64,000 nt of DNA from Tubulanus polymorphus (taxonomy: Eukaryota > Animalia > Nemertea): assembly GCF_964204645.1 (NCBI RefSeq), contig NC_134034.1, forward strand, positions 10,738,962 to 10,802,961. The letters run 5' to 3'. Below, in pieces: positions 14,132 through 25,844 of the stretch. The notes under the pieces are model-generated. The model did not search any database. It saw nothing but the letters and a program-made list of their open reading frames with translations, and was not told the origin of the DNA. The position numbers and the translations under genes were made by a program. How positions within the stretch are numbered: position 1 is the stretch's first letter; the number at the start of each line of letters is the position of its first letter.

Positions 14132-14303
14132 ACCAGTCACCAACCACATCTACTGGTCACCAACCACACCTGACTGGTTACCAACCACACCTGACTGGTT
14201 ACCAACCACACCTGACTAGTTACCAACCACACGGACTGGTTACCAACCACACGGACTGGTTACCAACCACATGGACTGGTTACCAACCACACCTGACTGG
14301 TCA
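14132..14303. repeat. ~20-21-bp minisatellite
   Basis: Unit accaaccacacctgactggtt. Confidence 0.9.
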
Positions 14304-14363
14304 CTACAGGTCAAATGGTCATCATACTGACCAGTCCAACTTGTAAATGCAATCAATCACCAC

Positions 14364-14435
14364 GTCTCAGTGGCCTTATTGGTTAAACAACTGCTTTACA
14401 GGCTGGAGACCCAGGTTCAAATCCCGGACTGGTCA
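14364..14435 (+). pseudogene. tRNA-like sequence (Val-TAC-like pseudogene or tRNA-derived SINE head)
   Basis: A box TGGCCTTATTGG, B box GGTTCAAATCC, and ctgctTTACAggc anticodon region; poor acceptor stem. Confidence 0.55.
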
Positions 14436-15061
14436 GCTAGGGATGGAGTTGAAAAAAAGAATTCTTTTTTAATGTTACAAAAAAGGGAACAATCAAGAAC
14501 TACCTTCATCACAAATCCAGCAAATGAACTCATATCTCTCCAGACAATGCAAGTCTCAGACAAGCAGACTACATAATACGAATGTAATTATATCATTTTC
14601 TAGCCGGTAGATTATTTGGTTGACTTACCCTGGGGAATAACGATGTCATTTTATTGACAGGAATAATCGCGCGGCTAAGGGACCGGTAATGACCAGTTAA
14701 TGATGCAAGCAAGGCCGCGTTGTGTCCGACATTGTGTCCGATCAGCTGGAGATATCGCTCGGTACCGTTCGGAGGCTACCCAAGGCGCGGCCGTCGATTA
14801 TCGGCCAAATATCCAAATTTACAAGGTTTCTAAATGAGGCTGAAATTGAAAACGAATATCAGGCCGGCGGTACTAAAGAAGAAAGATTATCCGACCACAT
14901 TTCTTAAATTCCGTAGGTCTTCCGTAGCTTTCGACACAAAACTAATATATATTTTTCAACCATAATTTCCATAAATATTCTACGATTTTAAGGACTAACG
15001 CGAATGCAGACTTGAATATCCAAATGCAATAACCTTGAGAGCAGTTTAAACATGGTTAATA

Positions 15062-15240
15062 AACGAACGATGACCACACTCAAACGTGGTGAACGGATAA
15101 TAAGATAAAATCCCACTATTTACAGATTAAAAGAATTTAAAAACAAGAATTTATTTATTAAATCTAAAATATTTAAAAGACACGACGTTTCGATCTCACC
15201 CTAGAGATCATCGTCAGGTGATCTCTAGGGTGAGATCACT
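15062..15240 (-). mobile_element. Penelope-like pLTR fragment, family 1
   Basis: Homologous to 38760-39010 (gtgaacggat..taagataaaa.cccactat); ends in the hammerhead plus an inverted copy of stem II. Confidence 0.6.
15181..15220 (-). ncRNA. Minimal type I hammerhead ribozyme (Penelope-like element associated)
   Basis: Minus strand reads cac-CUGACGA-U-GAUCUC-uagggu-GAGAUC-GAAA-CG-UC-gug: intact core, perfect 6-bp stem II, palindromic ACGU stem III, GUC triplet, 3-bp stem I. Confidence 0.8.
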
Positions 15241-15647
15241 TGACTTATTGACTTTTGGACTTAAGTCATCAGTCCGTTTCAGTGCGAACGGAAGCCCGAT
15301 TGATAAACTCTGGAATTTTCCAGTTTTTCACTCCCTCACACTAGTTTCCACCTATTAACCAATTCCCTGATTTTTACGCCCATTCACGAATCAGTAGTGA
15401 GTAAGGACCCCTTGCTCTTGAGTCGAACCCGGCTCTAGTTCCAACGGTTAAAAAGCGACGTATACACGTTTAAATTTACAGACATCAAAATCAACAAATT
15501 AATCGACGACATTTCCGACATTTCCGACATTTCGTCGCGAATTTCAAATGAAACGCAAATAAAACGTCAATTGAAAAAACTCGAAGATCTCACTTCAATT
15601 TCGCTGAGTAAATAATAATCGCGCATCGTGTATCGACTCGGAGGACC

Positions 15648-15822
15648 GGAGAGAGAGAAGAGAGGAGAGAGGAAAGGAGAGAGGAGAGAGAGGAGACAGG
15701 GATAGAGGAGAGAGGAAATAGAGGATAGGAGAGAGGATGGGAGAGAGAGAGAGGAGAGAGAGGAGAGGGAGAGGAGAGATAGAGAGAGGGAGGAGAGAGG
15801 AAATAGAGGAGAGAGAGGATGG

Positions 15823-15855
<33 letters not shown>

Positions 15856-16192
15856 TAGGGGAGAGATAGAGAGAGGGAGGAGAGAGAGGAGAGGGAGGAG
15901 AGAGGAGAGAAAGGGAGAGAGAGGAGAGAGGAGAGGAGAGGGAGGAGAGAGGAGAGAGGGAGGAGAGGGAGGAGAGGGAGGAGAGAGAGAGAGGAGAGAG
16001 GATGTGAGAGAGAGGAGAGAGAGGAGAGATAGGGGAGAGATAGAGAGAGGGAGGAGAGAGAGGAGAGGGAGAGGAGAGAGGAGAGAGGAGAGAGGAGAGA
16101 GAGGAGAGAGGAGAGAGAGGAGAGGAGAGAAAGGGAGAGAGGAGAGGGAGAGAGGAGAGGGAGAGAGGAGAGAGAGAGGATGAAAGAGAGAG
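15648..16192. repeat. ~545-bp polypurine (GA/GGAGA) tract
   Basis: Direct reading. Confidence 0.95.
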
Positions 16193-16399
16193 ATCGGAGG
16201 ATCGCGAGGATGGTCGGAGTCGGAGTGAATATTCAGATCAGCGCTCCGTCGGGATATTAAACTCTCCGGTAACGATGACATTCGAATATTGAATCGTTTT
16301 CCGAACTGATCGTAAAGTGGCGCGTGAGAACGTTAAACTCTGTACGTTCATAGTCGGCTGGTTGCGGTTAAATACAGTCGACTACATCTGACTCGCTGA

Positions 16400-17065
16400 G
16401 GGACTGCTGTAAATACTTTAAAATATTGGGAACTCTGTAGCGTGTTGAGACTGCTGTAAATATTTCACCGAGTTGAGAATCAGGGAACTCGGTAGCGTTG
16501 AGACTGCTGTAAATATTTCACCGAGTTGAGAATCAGGGAACTCGGTAGCGCGTTGAGACTGCCGTAAATATTTCACCGAGTTGAGAATCAGGGAACTCGG
16601 TAGCGCGTTGAGACTGCCGTAAATATTTCACCGAGTTGAGAATCAGGGAACTCGGTAGCGTGTTGAGACTGCTGTAAATATTTCACCGAGTTGAGAATCA
16701 GGGAACTCGGTAGCGCGTTGAGACTGCTGTAAATATTTCACCGAGTTGAGAATCAGGGAACTCGGTAGCGCGTTGAGACTGCTGTAAATATTTCACCGAG
16801 TTGAGAATCAGGGAACTCGGTAGCGCGTTGAGACTGCTGTAAATATTTCACCGAGTTGAGAATCAGGGAACTCGGTAGCGTGTTGAGACTGCTGTAAATA
16901 TTTCACCGAGTTGAGAATCAGGGAACTCGGTAGCGTGTTGAGACTGCTGTAAATATTTCACCGAGTTGAGAATCAGGGAACTCGGTAGCGTTGAGACTGC
17001 TGTAAATATTTCACCGAGTTGAGAATCAGGGAACTCGGTAGCGTTTTGCGACTGCTGTAAATATT
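16400..17065. repeat. 55-bp minisatellite inside a pogo/Tigger-like MITE
   Basis: Unit gttgagactgctgtaaatatttcaccgagttgagaatcagggaactcggtagcg(t/c), ~12 copies; preceded by TA-cagtcgact at 16373. Confidence 0.92.
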
Positions 17066-18249
17066 CCTCACATAAAGAATCATGTTCACACACGCATGTA
17101 ATTTTTTGAAAAGAGAGAAGTTCCTTGAACTTTATTGCGAATAAAATTCGAAAAAGGACAAAAGAAAAATCGAAATGGGTCTTAATAAGGGCGAAGGAGC
17201 CACCTTTTGTCCTTATTGTCCTGTGTTAGGGCCAACAGAAGCCCGCACTAATTTTCGTGCTTTCAAATTATGTGCCAATTCAAATAATCGGGTCCAACCC
17301 GTCCTCAAAGGAGAGCGACTAAAAGTCTTAGTTGATTGGCTAGATTTCTCTCGATTCCTCGACTGATTTCAGAGAACGAGACCATGTTTTACTCGGTTCA
17401 ACTAAAACTCGCGACTCAAGTTGTCGAGGTAAATCGGCCATCTTTTTCATTCACACACGCACGCACACGATGCATCGCGTCGAAAAACTCGGGCTCGACT
17501 GTCAGCGCTGCTTGAAACCTGTATACGAAAAATTCTGTACGTGTGAACCTAGCATCGGGGAACTCGGGTAGCGGCGTCGGGACCGCGCTAAAAAACATTT
17601 CACAACAGCGTTGACGAGTTGACAATCGCAAGTGTGTGCACAAATACCTTTCAGTTATCTCCTGGGGCCGGTTCAATAGTCGGAGCTTAGTCCTAACAAG
17701 TCTAAGACCAACTTAGTTCTATAGCCCGTCTAACAACTTAAGACCAGTCTTAAGATTTAAGACAACTTGTGGACTCGAGTCACGACTTTCTAAAGGAAAT
17801 TTCCCTGATTCCCGGGTAAGCGCCCCCTGTTTTACTTACAACTCTGAAATCCAGTCGTTCCTATTGCGCACAAAGCATCGGCTGAAAGCTCTTCGGCGAA
17901 ATATTTTTCGATTTAATTATCTAAAACAGAAGAACGTCACCCGCGGGGGGGGGGGGGGTTGTTGGCGGGGTGGGGGAAATCGATTTAACGGAAAAACGAG
18001 CAGTTGACGGACAATTTAAATTGTTATTATTTCCCGACAGACCGAACGAACGGACGGCAGACGGATGATTAACTCGCCGCGGTCGAAATAATGCAAGCGA
18101 ATTTTACGATTGTTCGGGGAACGGTTTTTCCGACACCGGCGTAAAGTTCGTTTTCGTATTTCATTCGTCGTCGAGTGAAACGAGATTTGAATACGAATCA
18201 TCGTTAAGGCGCTGCCTTCGCAACTATTTTGACGTTCATTTTTCTGTCT

Positions 18250-18522
18250 TTAACCATTTCAGTGCTGACTAATCAATACCCTATAGTGCTGGAGATAATT
18301 TGAAAATTTTGAAAAATTCCACCCTAGTGTGTTGAATAACGGAAATAGCGCTATAGTGTGTCTACACCGCAGCGCGGTGTATCGTTAGTTACTAGTATTT
18401 CACTTTGTTTGACAGGTGCTGCCTCTTTTCAAGAGAGGTAATTACTTATTACATCAATACACCGCAGTGCGGTGTACTAGCAAAATCTATCACTGATTTA
18501 TACACCGCACTGAAAGGGTTAA
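18250..18522. mobile_element. piggyBac-like MITE
   Basis: TTAA on both sides; TIR cc(c/a)tttcagtgc...gcactgaaaggg; internal palindrome tacaccgcagtgcggtgta. Confidence 0.85.
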
Positions 18523-18611
18523 CCAACTGCAGTCCCTGATTTTTTACTAGTACAAAATGTAAGTTTTTTTCAAATCTCTCACCTCCTAAAGCTGCGCGGA
18601 TGGCCTCGATT

Positions 18612-18837
18612 CCACCCTAGTGTGTTGAATAATGGGATGACATTATAGTGCGTCTACACCAAGGTGCGGCGTAGCGTTAGTTACTGATATATCACTAGGT
18701 TTGACAGGTGCTGCCATCTTTCAATAGAGATAAAAACCAATTACTATTTAGATCTATACACCGCAGTGCGGCGGACTAGCAAAATCCATCACCGAATCAT
18801 ACACCGCACTGCAGTGTAGATGCACTGATAGGGTTAA
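18612..18837. mobile_element. piggyBac-like MITE, truncated copy
   Basis: Same internal sequence; only one terminus (gggttaa). Confidence 0.75.
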
Positions 18838-19069
18838 TACAATTCAGTATTCCTTTGCAATCACAGCATCGAACACCTGCACAAACTACAAATTTCATTC
18901 GATTCCGATCTATAATTCTCCGCGCTAACGATCGCCTGCGCTGGTCCCGATCTGAAATCTCCCTATTTCGTAATCGTCGTCTGTTTTAGTGCCTCCGGGA
19001 AAAAAAGTAGCCGATCCGTAAATCATCGTTACATGTCGTCGAATTACCTGAAAAAATTCTTATCGGAGA

Positions 19070-19390
19070 CGATCTCAGCCTCCATAAATCACACCCATGA
19101 TATCATCGAATTAGCTACCAAATTAATCTAGGAAACATGGCTGCCTCCATAAACCACCCTATGACATCATCAAATTGCCTAGTGAAATACAAATTGTAAG
19201 AAAAGATGGTTACAACCGTAAATCGCCCTACGACATCATCAAATTTTCTACTAAAGATTTGAGCTGTAAATTCTTATCTGAAAAGATGGCTACCTCCATA
19301 AATCTCCCTGTGACACTACGTAAAAGAATTTAACCATAAACTCATCTCTCAGGAAGGATGTTTACCTTCATAAATGTCTGATATCATTTC
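19070..19390. repeat. Diverged array of the aagatggctgcctccataaatccccctatgacatca cassette with dissimilar spacers
   Basis: About 5 degenerate cassettes. Confidence 0.7.
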
Positions 19391-20513
19391 TATAGACAAC
19401 CAGTGCACATTTTTAAGATTTTAAAAAATCCACGATCAAACAAGATGCGTAGTTGACGAAACCCGATCTACGCGTCGAAAGCCTTTTGAAGATTAAGAAG
19501 TTAGTATTTTTTTTCGCCCGGCCGTTTAAAATCGCGAAACCCTAGTTTGCGTCTTATCTTGATTACTGAAGCCTTCTCAACACTCGAAGATAAATTTATG
19601 TCTGGCTAAATATCATCAGGTATTGTCACCTCATTCTAAGCAGGCGCCGTTTAGAAACAGACGAAAAACTAACCGCATCAATCATTTTCTCACCGAATTC
19701 CCGAAGGTCTCGAATGATCCGGAGATTTTTCACGTTTCTCGGCGAGAGGGTAATCTAATTGTCGCATCGATTTTCAATTATCATCAAACATCGTTCGTTA
19801 ATTAGGGAGATATCGATGACAGACGCTTCAATTCGAACGGACGATATGTAACTGATTAGTGTATAACATGGTGGCGCCACTTTCCACTCATTTACAAATC
19901 CTCTGAGTTTTCACTGATTTTTCCACATGATTACACATAATTCCCCGCGTAGATCAGAAAAATTTCCAGGTTTAAAATCTAACAATTCATTCATTCTTTT
20001 CAGTGAATCACATGATAAAGAAACATGTGGTCAGTAGCATTATCTAAATTTTCCAGAGTTTTCCAGATTTTTAGTCAGTGGCGCCACCCCATAGCATAAG
20101 ATAATTGAAACATCGTATATTTCGCGGCGACCTTGATCCGTCCGTCCGTCCGCGCGCGATTGCGATAATCAAAACTTTCAGATGGCGCGGGATTTGGCGC
20201 CGAACGGAGAGCGCGAACGACTATCAGTATTCATTGGAAATTGTTGCGCCTGGTGAATATTCGATTGACACGTAATTACCAACTGATCATCGCCCGACGA
20301 CGCAACCCGATATAGCATTGTCTTCCGTCATCATCGCGACGTCTTCATCTCCGAACATCGCGTCGGCCGGCGAAATTATCCGCGGCTACGATAATTTCGA
20401 CGAAAAACCTTTCGACGTAAACATCTCAACGTTTCGGACGGTAGAAGTAAATCTTCGGTTACCGTAAAATAGCCATAAACGCAATAAATTTTCATACGAG
20501 TAAGAAAACTTAG

Positions 20514-20802
20514 TTAACTTTTTCAGTGCTGACTAATTAATATCCTATAGTGCTGGAGATAATTTGAAAATTCTAAAAAATTCCACCCTAGTGTGTTGAA
20601 TAATGGGAATACCACTATAGTGTGTCTACACTGCGGTGCGGTGTATCGGTTATTACTAATATTTCACTATGTTTGACAGGTGCTGCCATTTTTCAAGAGA
20701 GATAATTACTAATTACATCAATACACCGCAGTGCGGTGTACTAGCAAAATCCATCACCGATTCATACACCGCACTGCTGTGTAGATGCACTGAAAGGGTT
20801 AA
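20514..20802. mobile_element. piggyBac-like MITE
   Basis: TTAA TSD, same TIRs and body. Confidence 0.85.
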
Positions 20803-21764
20803 AATGAAAGTTTTCGGGAACATTTCCCCTCGTCAGGTATATAGTATGAAAAACACGAGGAGTTTTCAAGGAGTCGTAGCGACCCTGCATAAATCGTCGG
20901 CCCATTTTAAACTCGTCGCATAATCGAATCGCGTTCAAGACGAGAGAGACAGAGAAAAGAGTTCGAAAAACGTAGTTCATCGTCGGACGAGAAACGCTCC
21001 GATTCATCATCGTTAAACGTCGATAATCTCCCGGCGTTTTATATACACGTTTTACGACGAATTTGACGCGATATTTCATAGCGCGGCCATCAAACGCTAC
21101 TCAAACCGCGCCGATAAACACGAGGGTCATACTGACAAATCAGTGCACGGATTACGACTGTTTTCACGCGAGTTTAATAATTATTATTAGTTCATTATAT
21201 CAAAAAAATATAAATTTTTTTATGATATGACACAATTACATGATAATGTATGGCGGGTAAATAATTCAAGTATATAAATGCATTGAATAAATAATAACTC
21301 AAGTATATAAATACATTGAATACATAATATATACCAAAGACGATTGAAAGCCTTTCCACATAGATTTATGACATACATGGCATATATCTATGCGGTCACA
21401 CTGTACATAGTTGGATTACCCATTTAATAGTTGAAGCCGAATATTAAAGGCTTTCCTTAGAAAAGCGGAAAGATTATATAATTTACTACTGCTGGAAATT
21501 AGGTGGATGAATTTTAATAATAATAATCGCGTCGTACCGAAATGAAATTCTCAACTAAAAACATCGTATTTAATGAACTGATACGGTATTCGGTGATAAT
21601 CAATCTATTCATCTGCCAATTCGAGTTCGCTGTTATAAATCAAGCATGCGACCATTTGCTCGATTTGTGTCAAGGTTCACTTTATTTTATGATTTGCAGA
21701 GTGTTTTTCAGCACTCAAATATAGTTGACAGCATAAAAGGTCAGTGGAAATGGCTAGTTAAGTG

Positions 21765-22688
21765 TATTCGAGTATTTTCAGAGACTGTTGCTGGATGGAT
21801 GAGAGCTCTGTGTGCGTCAGGGGGAAACAGTCAAGTATTTTCAGAGACTGTTACTGACAATCAAGGATGATTGACAGCTCAGTGTGCGTCAGGGGGGACA
21901 GTCAAGTATTTCCAGAGACAGTTGCTGACAATCAAGGATGGTTGACAGCTCAGTGTGCGTCGGGGGGGACAGTCAAGTATTATCAGAGACTGTTGCTGGA
22001 TGGTTGACCGCTCTGTGTGAGTCAGAGGGGACAGTAAAGTATTTTCAGAGACTGTTGCTGACAATCAGGGATAGTTGACAGCTCTGCGTGCGTCAGGGGG
22101 GACAGTAAAGTATTTTCAGAGACTGTTGCTGACAATCAGGGATGATTGACAGCTCTTCGTGCGTCAGGGGGGACAGTAAACTATTTTCAGATTGTTGCTG
22201 ACAATCAGGGATGGTTGAAAGCTCTGTGTGCATCACGGGGGACAGTAAACTATTTTCAGAGACTGTTGCTGACAATCAGGGATAGTTGACAGCTCTGTGT
22301 GCGTCAGGGGGGACAGTCAAGTATTATCAGAGACTGTTGCTGGATGGTTGACAGCTCTGTGTGAGTCAGGGGGTACAGTTCAGTATTTTCAGAGACTGTT
22401 GCTGACATTCAGGGATGGTTGACAGCTCTGTGTGCGTCAGGGGGGACAGTCAAGTATCATCAGAGACTGTTGCTGGATGGTTGACAGCTCTGTGTGAGTC
22501 AGGGGGGACAGTTAACTATTTTCAGAGACTGTTGCTGACAATCAGGGATGATTGACAGCTCTTTGTGCGTCAGGGGGGACAGTAAACTATTTTCAGAGGC
22601 TGTTGCTGACAATCAGGGATGGTTGACAGCTGTGTGTGTGTGTCATGGGGGACAGTTCAGTATTTTCAGAGGCTGTTGCTGACAATTC
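21765..22688. repeat. ~70-bp minisatellite family, reverse orientation, with ~61-bp deletion variants
   Basis: Reverse complement of the 3690-4152 unit. Confidence 0.92.
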
Positions 22689-23264
22689 TTAAACAACAAT
22701 ATCAACATAGTAATTATCAGTATAAGTTATGTTAACGACAGCTGGCACGGGGGAATAATAAAACATTTCCGAAGAAGACTGTCACCGCTGTCACACAACG
22801 GAGACAGCAGTGACAGTGGCGCGCGCGCATTTAAAACATTTTTATTCAAAAAGATCGCACTCAAATGACCGACGACAATTACACTCGAGCCTCATTTCGC
22901 GTCTCAAGTCTACAGCACGTAGAACAATCATTTCTAGGAACAAGAGCGAAACGTCTGCCTCTGTCTGGCGATACACGCCACTTTTCGAAGTACTACGCAC
23001 CAGCGAGCGAAGTGGTAATTGCCTTTTTTCCCCCGACAACCAACGGACACGTATAAGAATACCTTTTTGACGTCGGTATTCGCTAATGACCGCGGTCAAT
23101 GCAAGCATACCGGGAAACCAGCGTTATACCTCGATCTTTTCAATAATCTATTGACCCTTGCAACCTGCACCCCCCCCCCCCACTGCTGCACCCCCCCTGA
23201 AAAGAATTCCTAGTTATATGAATAAGTCATAAGCCATATGTATGGTAGTAGAGACTTGAAGATC

Positions 23265-23590
23265 TAGTTCCACAGTTGTGTGGTTTTAATTTGACTTTGA
23301 CTGTGAACTCAGTTCCACAGTTCCATGGGTTTAATTTGACTCTGGATCCAGTTCCACAGTTGTGTGGTTTTAATTTGACTCTGAACTCAGTTCCACAGTT
23401 CCATGGGTTTAATTAGACTCTGAACTCAGTTCCACAGTTGTGTGGGTTTAATTTGACTCTAGACCCAGTTCCACAGTTGTGTGGGGTTTAATTTGACTGT
23501 GAATCCAGTTCAGCGGTTTTGTGGGTTTGATTTGACTCTGAGGCCAGTTTCACAGTTGTGTAGGTTTAATTTGACTCTGAACCCAGTTTC
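23265..23590. repeat. 39-bp minisatellite family, reverse orientation
   Basis: Reverse complement of the same unit. Confidence 0.9.
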
Positions 23591-23607
23591 ATCGACCATA
23601 AGTGAGT

Positions 23608-24495
23608 TTATGTAGAGAGAATCCCACAATAATAACGAAAAGTCCAAAAATGTAACTGAAGCTATAGTGTAGTTTATTCAACATTTCAACTATATCCTAC
23701 TAGTCATCTTCAGGAATACTGCATTCCTTGAACTAGTAGTTTATTCAAACATTTCAACTATATCCTACTAGTCATCTTCAGGAATACTGCATTCCTTGAA
23801 CTAGTAGTTTATCAACATTTCAACTATATCCTAATAGTCATCTTCAGGAATACTGTATTCCTTGAACTAGTAGTTTATCAACATTTCAACTATATCCTTC
23901 TAGTCATCTTCAGGAATACTGCATTCCTTGAACTAGTAGTTTATCAACATTTCAACTATATCCTAATAGTCATCTTCAGGAATACTGTATTCCTTGAACT
24001 AGTAGTTTATCAACATTTCAACTATATCCTTCTAGTCATCTTCAGGAATACTGCATTCCTTGAACTAGTAGTTTATCAACATTTCAACTATATCCTAATA
24101 GTCATCTTCAGGAATACTGTATTCCTTGAACTAGTAGTTTATCAACATTTCAACTATATCCTTCTAGTCATCTTCAGGAATACTGCATTCCTTGAACTAG
24201 TAGTTTATCAACATTTCAACTATATCCTTCTAGTCATCTTCAGGAATACTGCATTCCTTGAACTAGTAGTTTATCAACATTTCAACTATATCCTAATAGT
24301 CATCTTCAGGAATACTGCATTCCTTGAACTAGTAGTTTATTCAACATTTCAACTATATCCTACTAGTCATCTTCGGGAATAATGAATTACAACAGTAACA
24401 TAACAGCTTCAGATACATTTTCGCACTGTTTTTCGTTATTGCGGGGTTCCCTCTACATCGCTTCAACACGGATATAGTGTTTTATCAATCGTGAC
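23608..24495. mobile_element. Penelope-like element remnant (inverted pLTR arms) enclosing the hammerhead array
   Basis: Left arm atgtagagagaatcccacaataataacgaaaa is mirrored by ttttcgttattgcggggttccctctacat. The tail caacacggatatagtgtt is shared with 41038-41320. Confidence 0.6.
23665..24382 (-). repeat. 11 x ~66-bp tandem array of hammerhead-ribozyme-derived units
   Basis: Unit on - strand: ...gtattc-CTGAAGA-T-GACTA-(8 nt)-TAGTT-GAAA-TG-TT-ga(a)taaa..., homologous to 41178-41224. CTTCAGG recurs at 23708, 23776, 23842 ... 24304, with CTTCGGG at 24371. Confidence 0.85.
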
Positions 24496-24944
24496 AATAC
24501 TGAAACTTCTGCTTGACATTTCCAAACTGACGAGCGAAGTTTTCTTATCCCCAAGACTTTTAATCTCCAAAGTTTTTAGTTAACTAAACTGCTATTTTCT
24601 TTTTATTTTACTTCGGACTGGAGCTTTTTTCCAGTCGTGTTCATAGCGAAGCTTCCCTTATTCAGACGAAACGACTTAATCTAATAGATGAAACCGATGG
24701 TTTGACTTTGTAGTCGACTATTTTAGGGATTTGGTTCTTTTCATGTTAGCGACGGCGCAGGTTTTCATTTCCTGTCGACACCAACATTCGATTTATCAAA
24801 GAACGGCTCTGTAGCGTGGTCAATTCCATCGCGGGCTTTTTACATCGAATTCAAATGTCAGATTTCAAGAATGACGTCTAAATTTTAGAAAGTCGATTAA
24901 ATTTTTCCATGTACACCAAATTAATACTTTAATTTTCTATACTC

Positions 24945-25490
24945 CTCAAATTAAAACACGCCCAACTGTGGAACTGGGTTTATAGTCAAATTAAACCCAC
25001 CTGTGAAACTGGGTTCATAGTCAAATTACACCCACACAACTGTGGAACTGGGTTCATAGTCAAATTAAACCAACCTGTGAAACTGGGTTCATAGTCAAAT
25101 TACACCCACAAAACTGTGGAACTGGGTTCATAGTCAAATTAAACCTATGTAACTGTGAAACTGGGTTCAGAGTCAAATTAAACCCACACAACTGTGGAAC
25201 TGGATTCAGAGTCAAATTAAACCCACACAACTGTGGAACTGGATCCAGAGTCAAATTAAACCCACACAACTGTGGAACTGGGTTCAGAGTCAAATCATCC
25301 CACGCAACTGTGGAACTGGGTTCAGAATCAAATTAAACCCACACAACTGTGGAACTGGTTCCAGAGTAAAATTAAACCCACACAACTGTGGAACTGGGTT
25401 CAGAGTCAAATCATCACACGCAACTGTGGAACTGGGTTCAGAATCAAATTAAACCCACACAACTGTGGAAATGGATCCAGAGTCAAATTT
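24945..25490. repeat. 39-bp minisatellite family
   Basis: Same unit, ~14 copies. Confidence 0.92.
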
Positions 25491-25844
25491 CCTCATTAGA
25501 TTCAAATCAAGCATTTCATTTTACAACTACAGCGCCGAGAAATAATACCGGTTGCTGCACGGAAATTCATTCGAATTTAATCTCGTTCAATCACGGGTAG
25601 AAAGATTTTTACACGAGCAGCGACACTAATCCCTTCATCGAGTCGAAACGTCTTTTATTGCGAATTCGATTTTCCGACAGGTAACAAATCCTACGAGCAA
25701 ATAAAATGAGATTTAAAACCGACAAAAAGCGATCCGATAAAACAACCATCATTAACCCCCCCCCCCCCATCAACTGCAAACTATCAAACGGCTGAAATCA
25801 TAAACCGCTGTTACATGAGCGATTTTGGCTTGGCCCACAGGGCG

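Noticed and set aside
14364-14435. Functional tRNA-Val(TAC)
   Set aside because: Acceptor and anticodon stems pair poorly; kept only as a pseudogene or SINE head.
15595-16281. Leu/Ser/Pro- and Arg/Glu-rich ORFs (also 7-324, 8243-8652, 46380-47063)
   Set aside because: Translations of microsatellites.
19070-19390. CRISPR array
   Set aside because: Eukaryotic context, degenerate repeats, variable spacer length and no cas genes. The other arrays have identical spacers.
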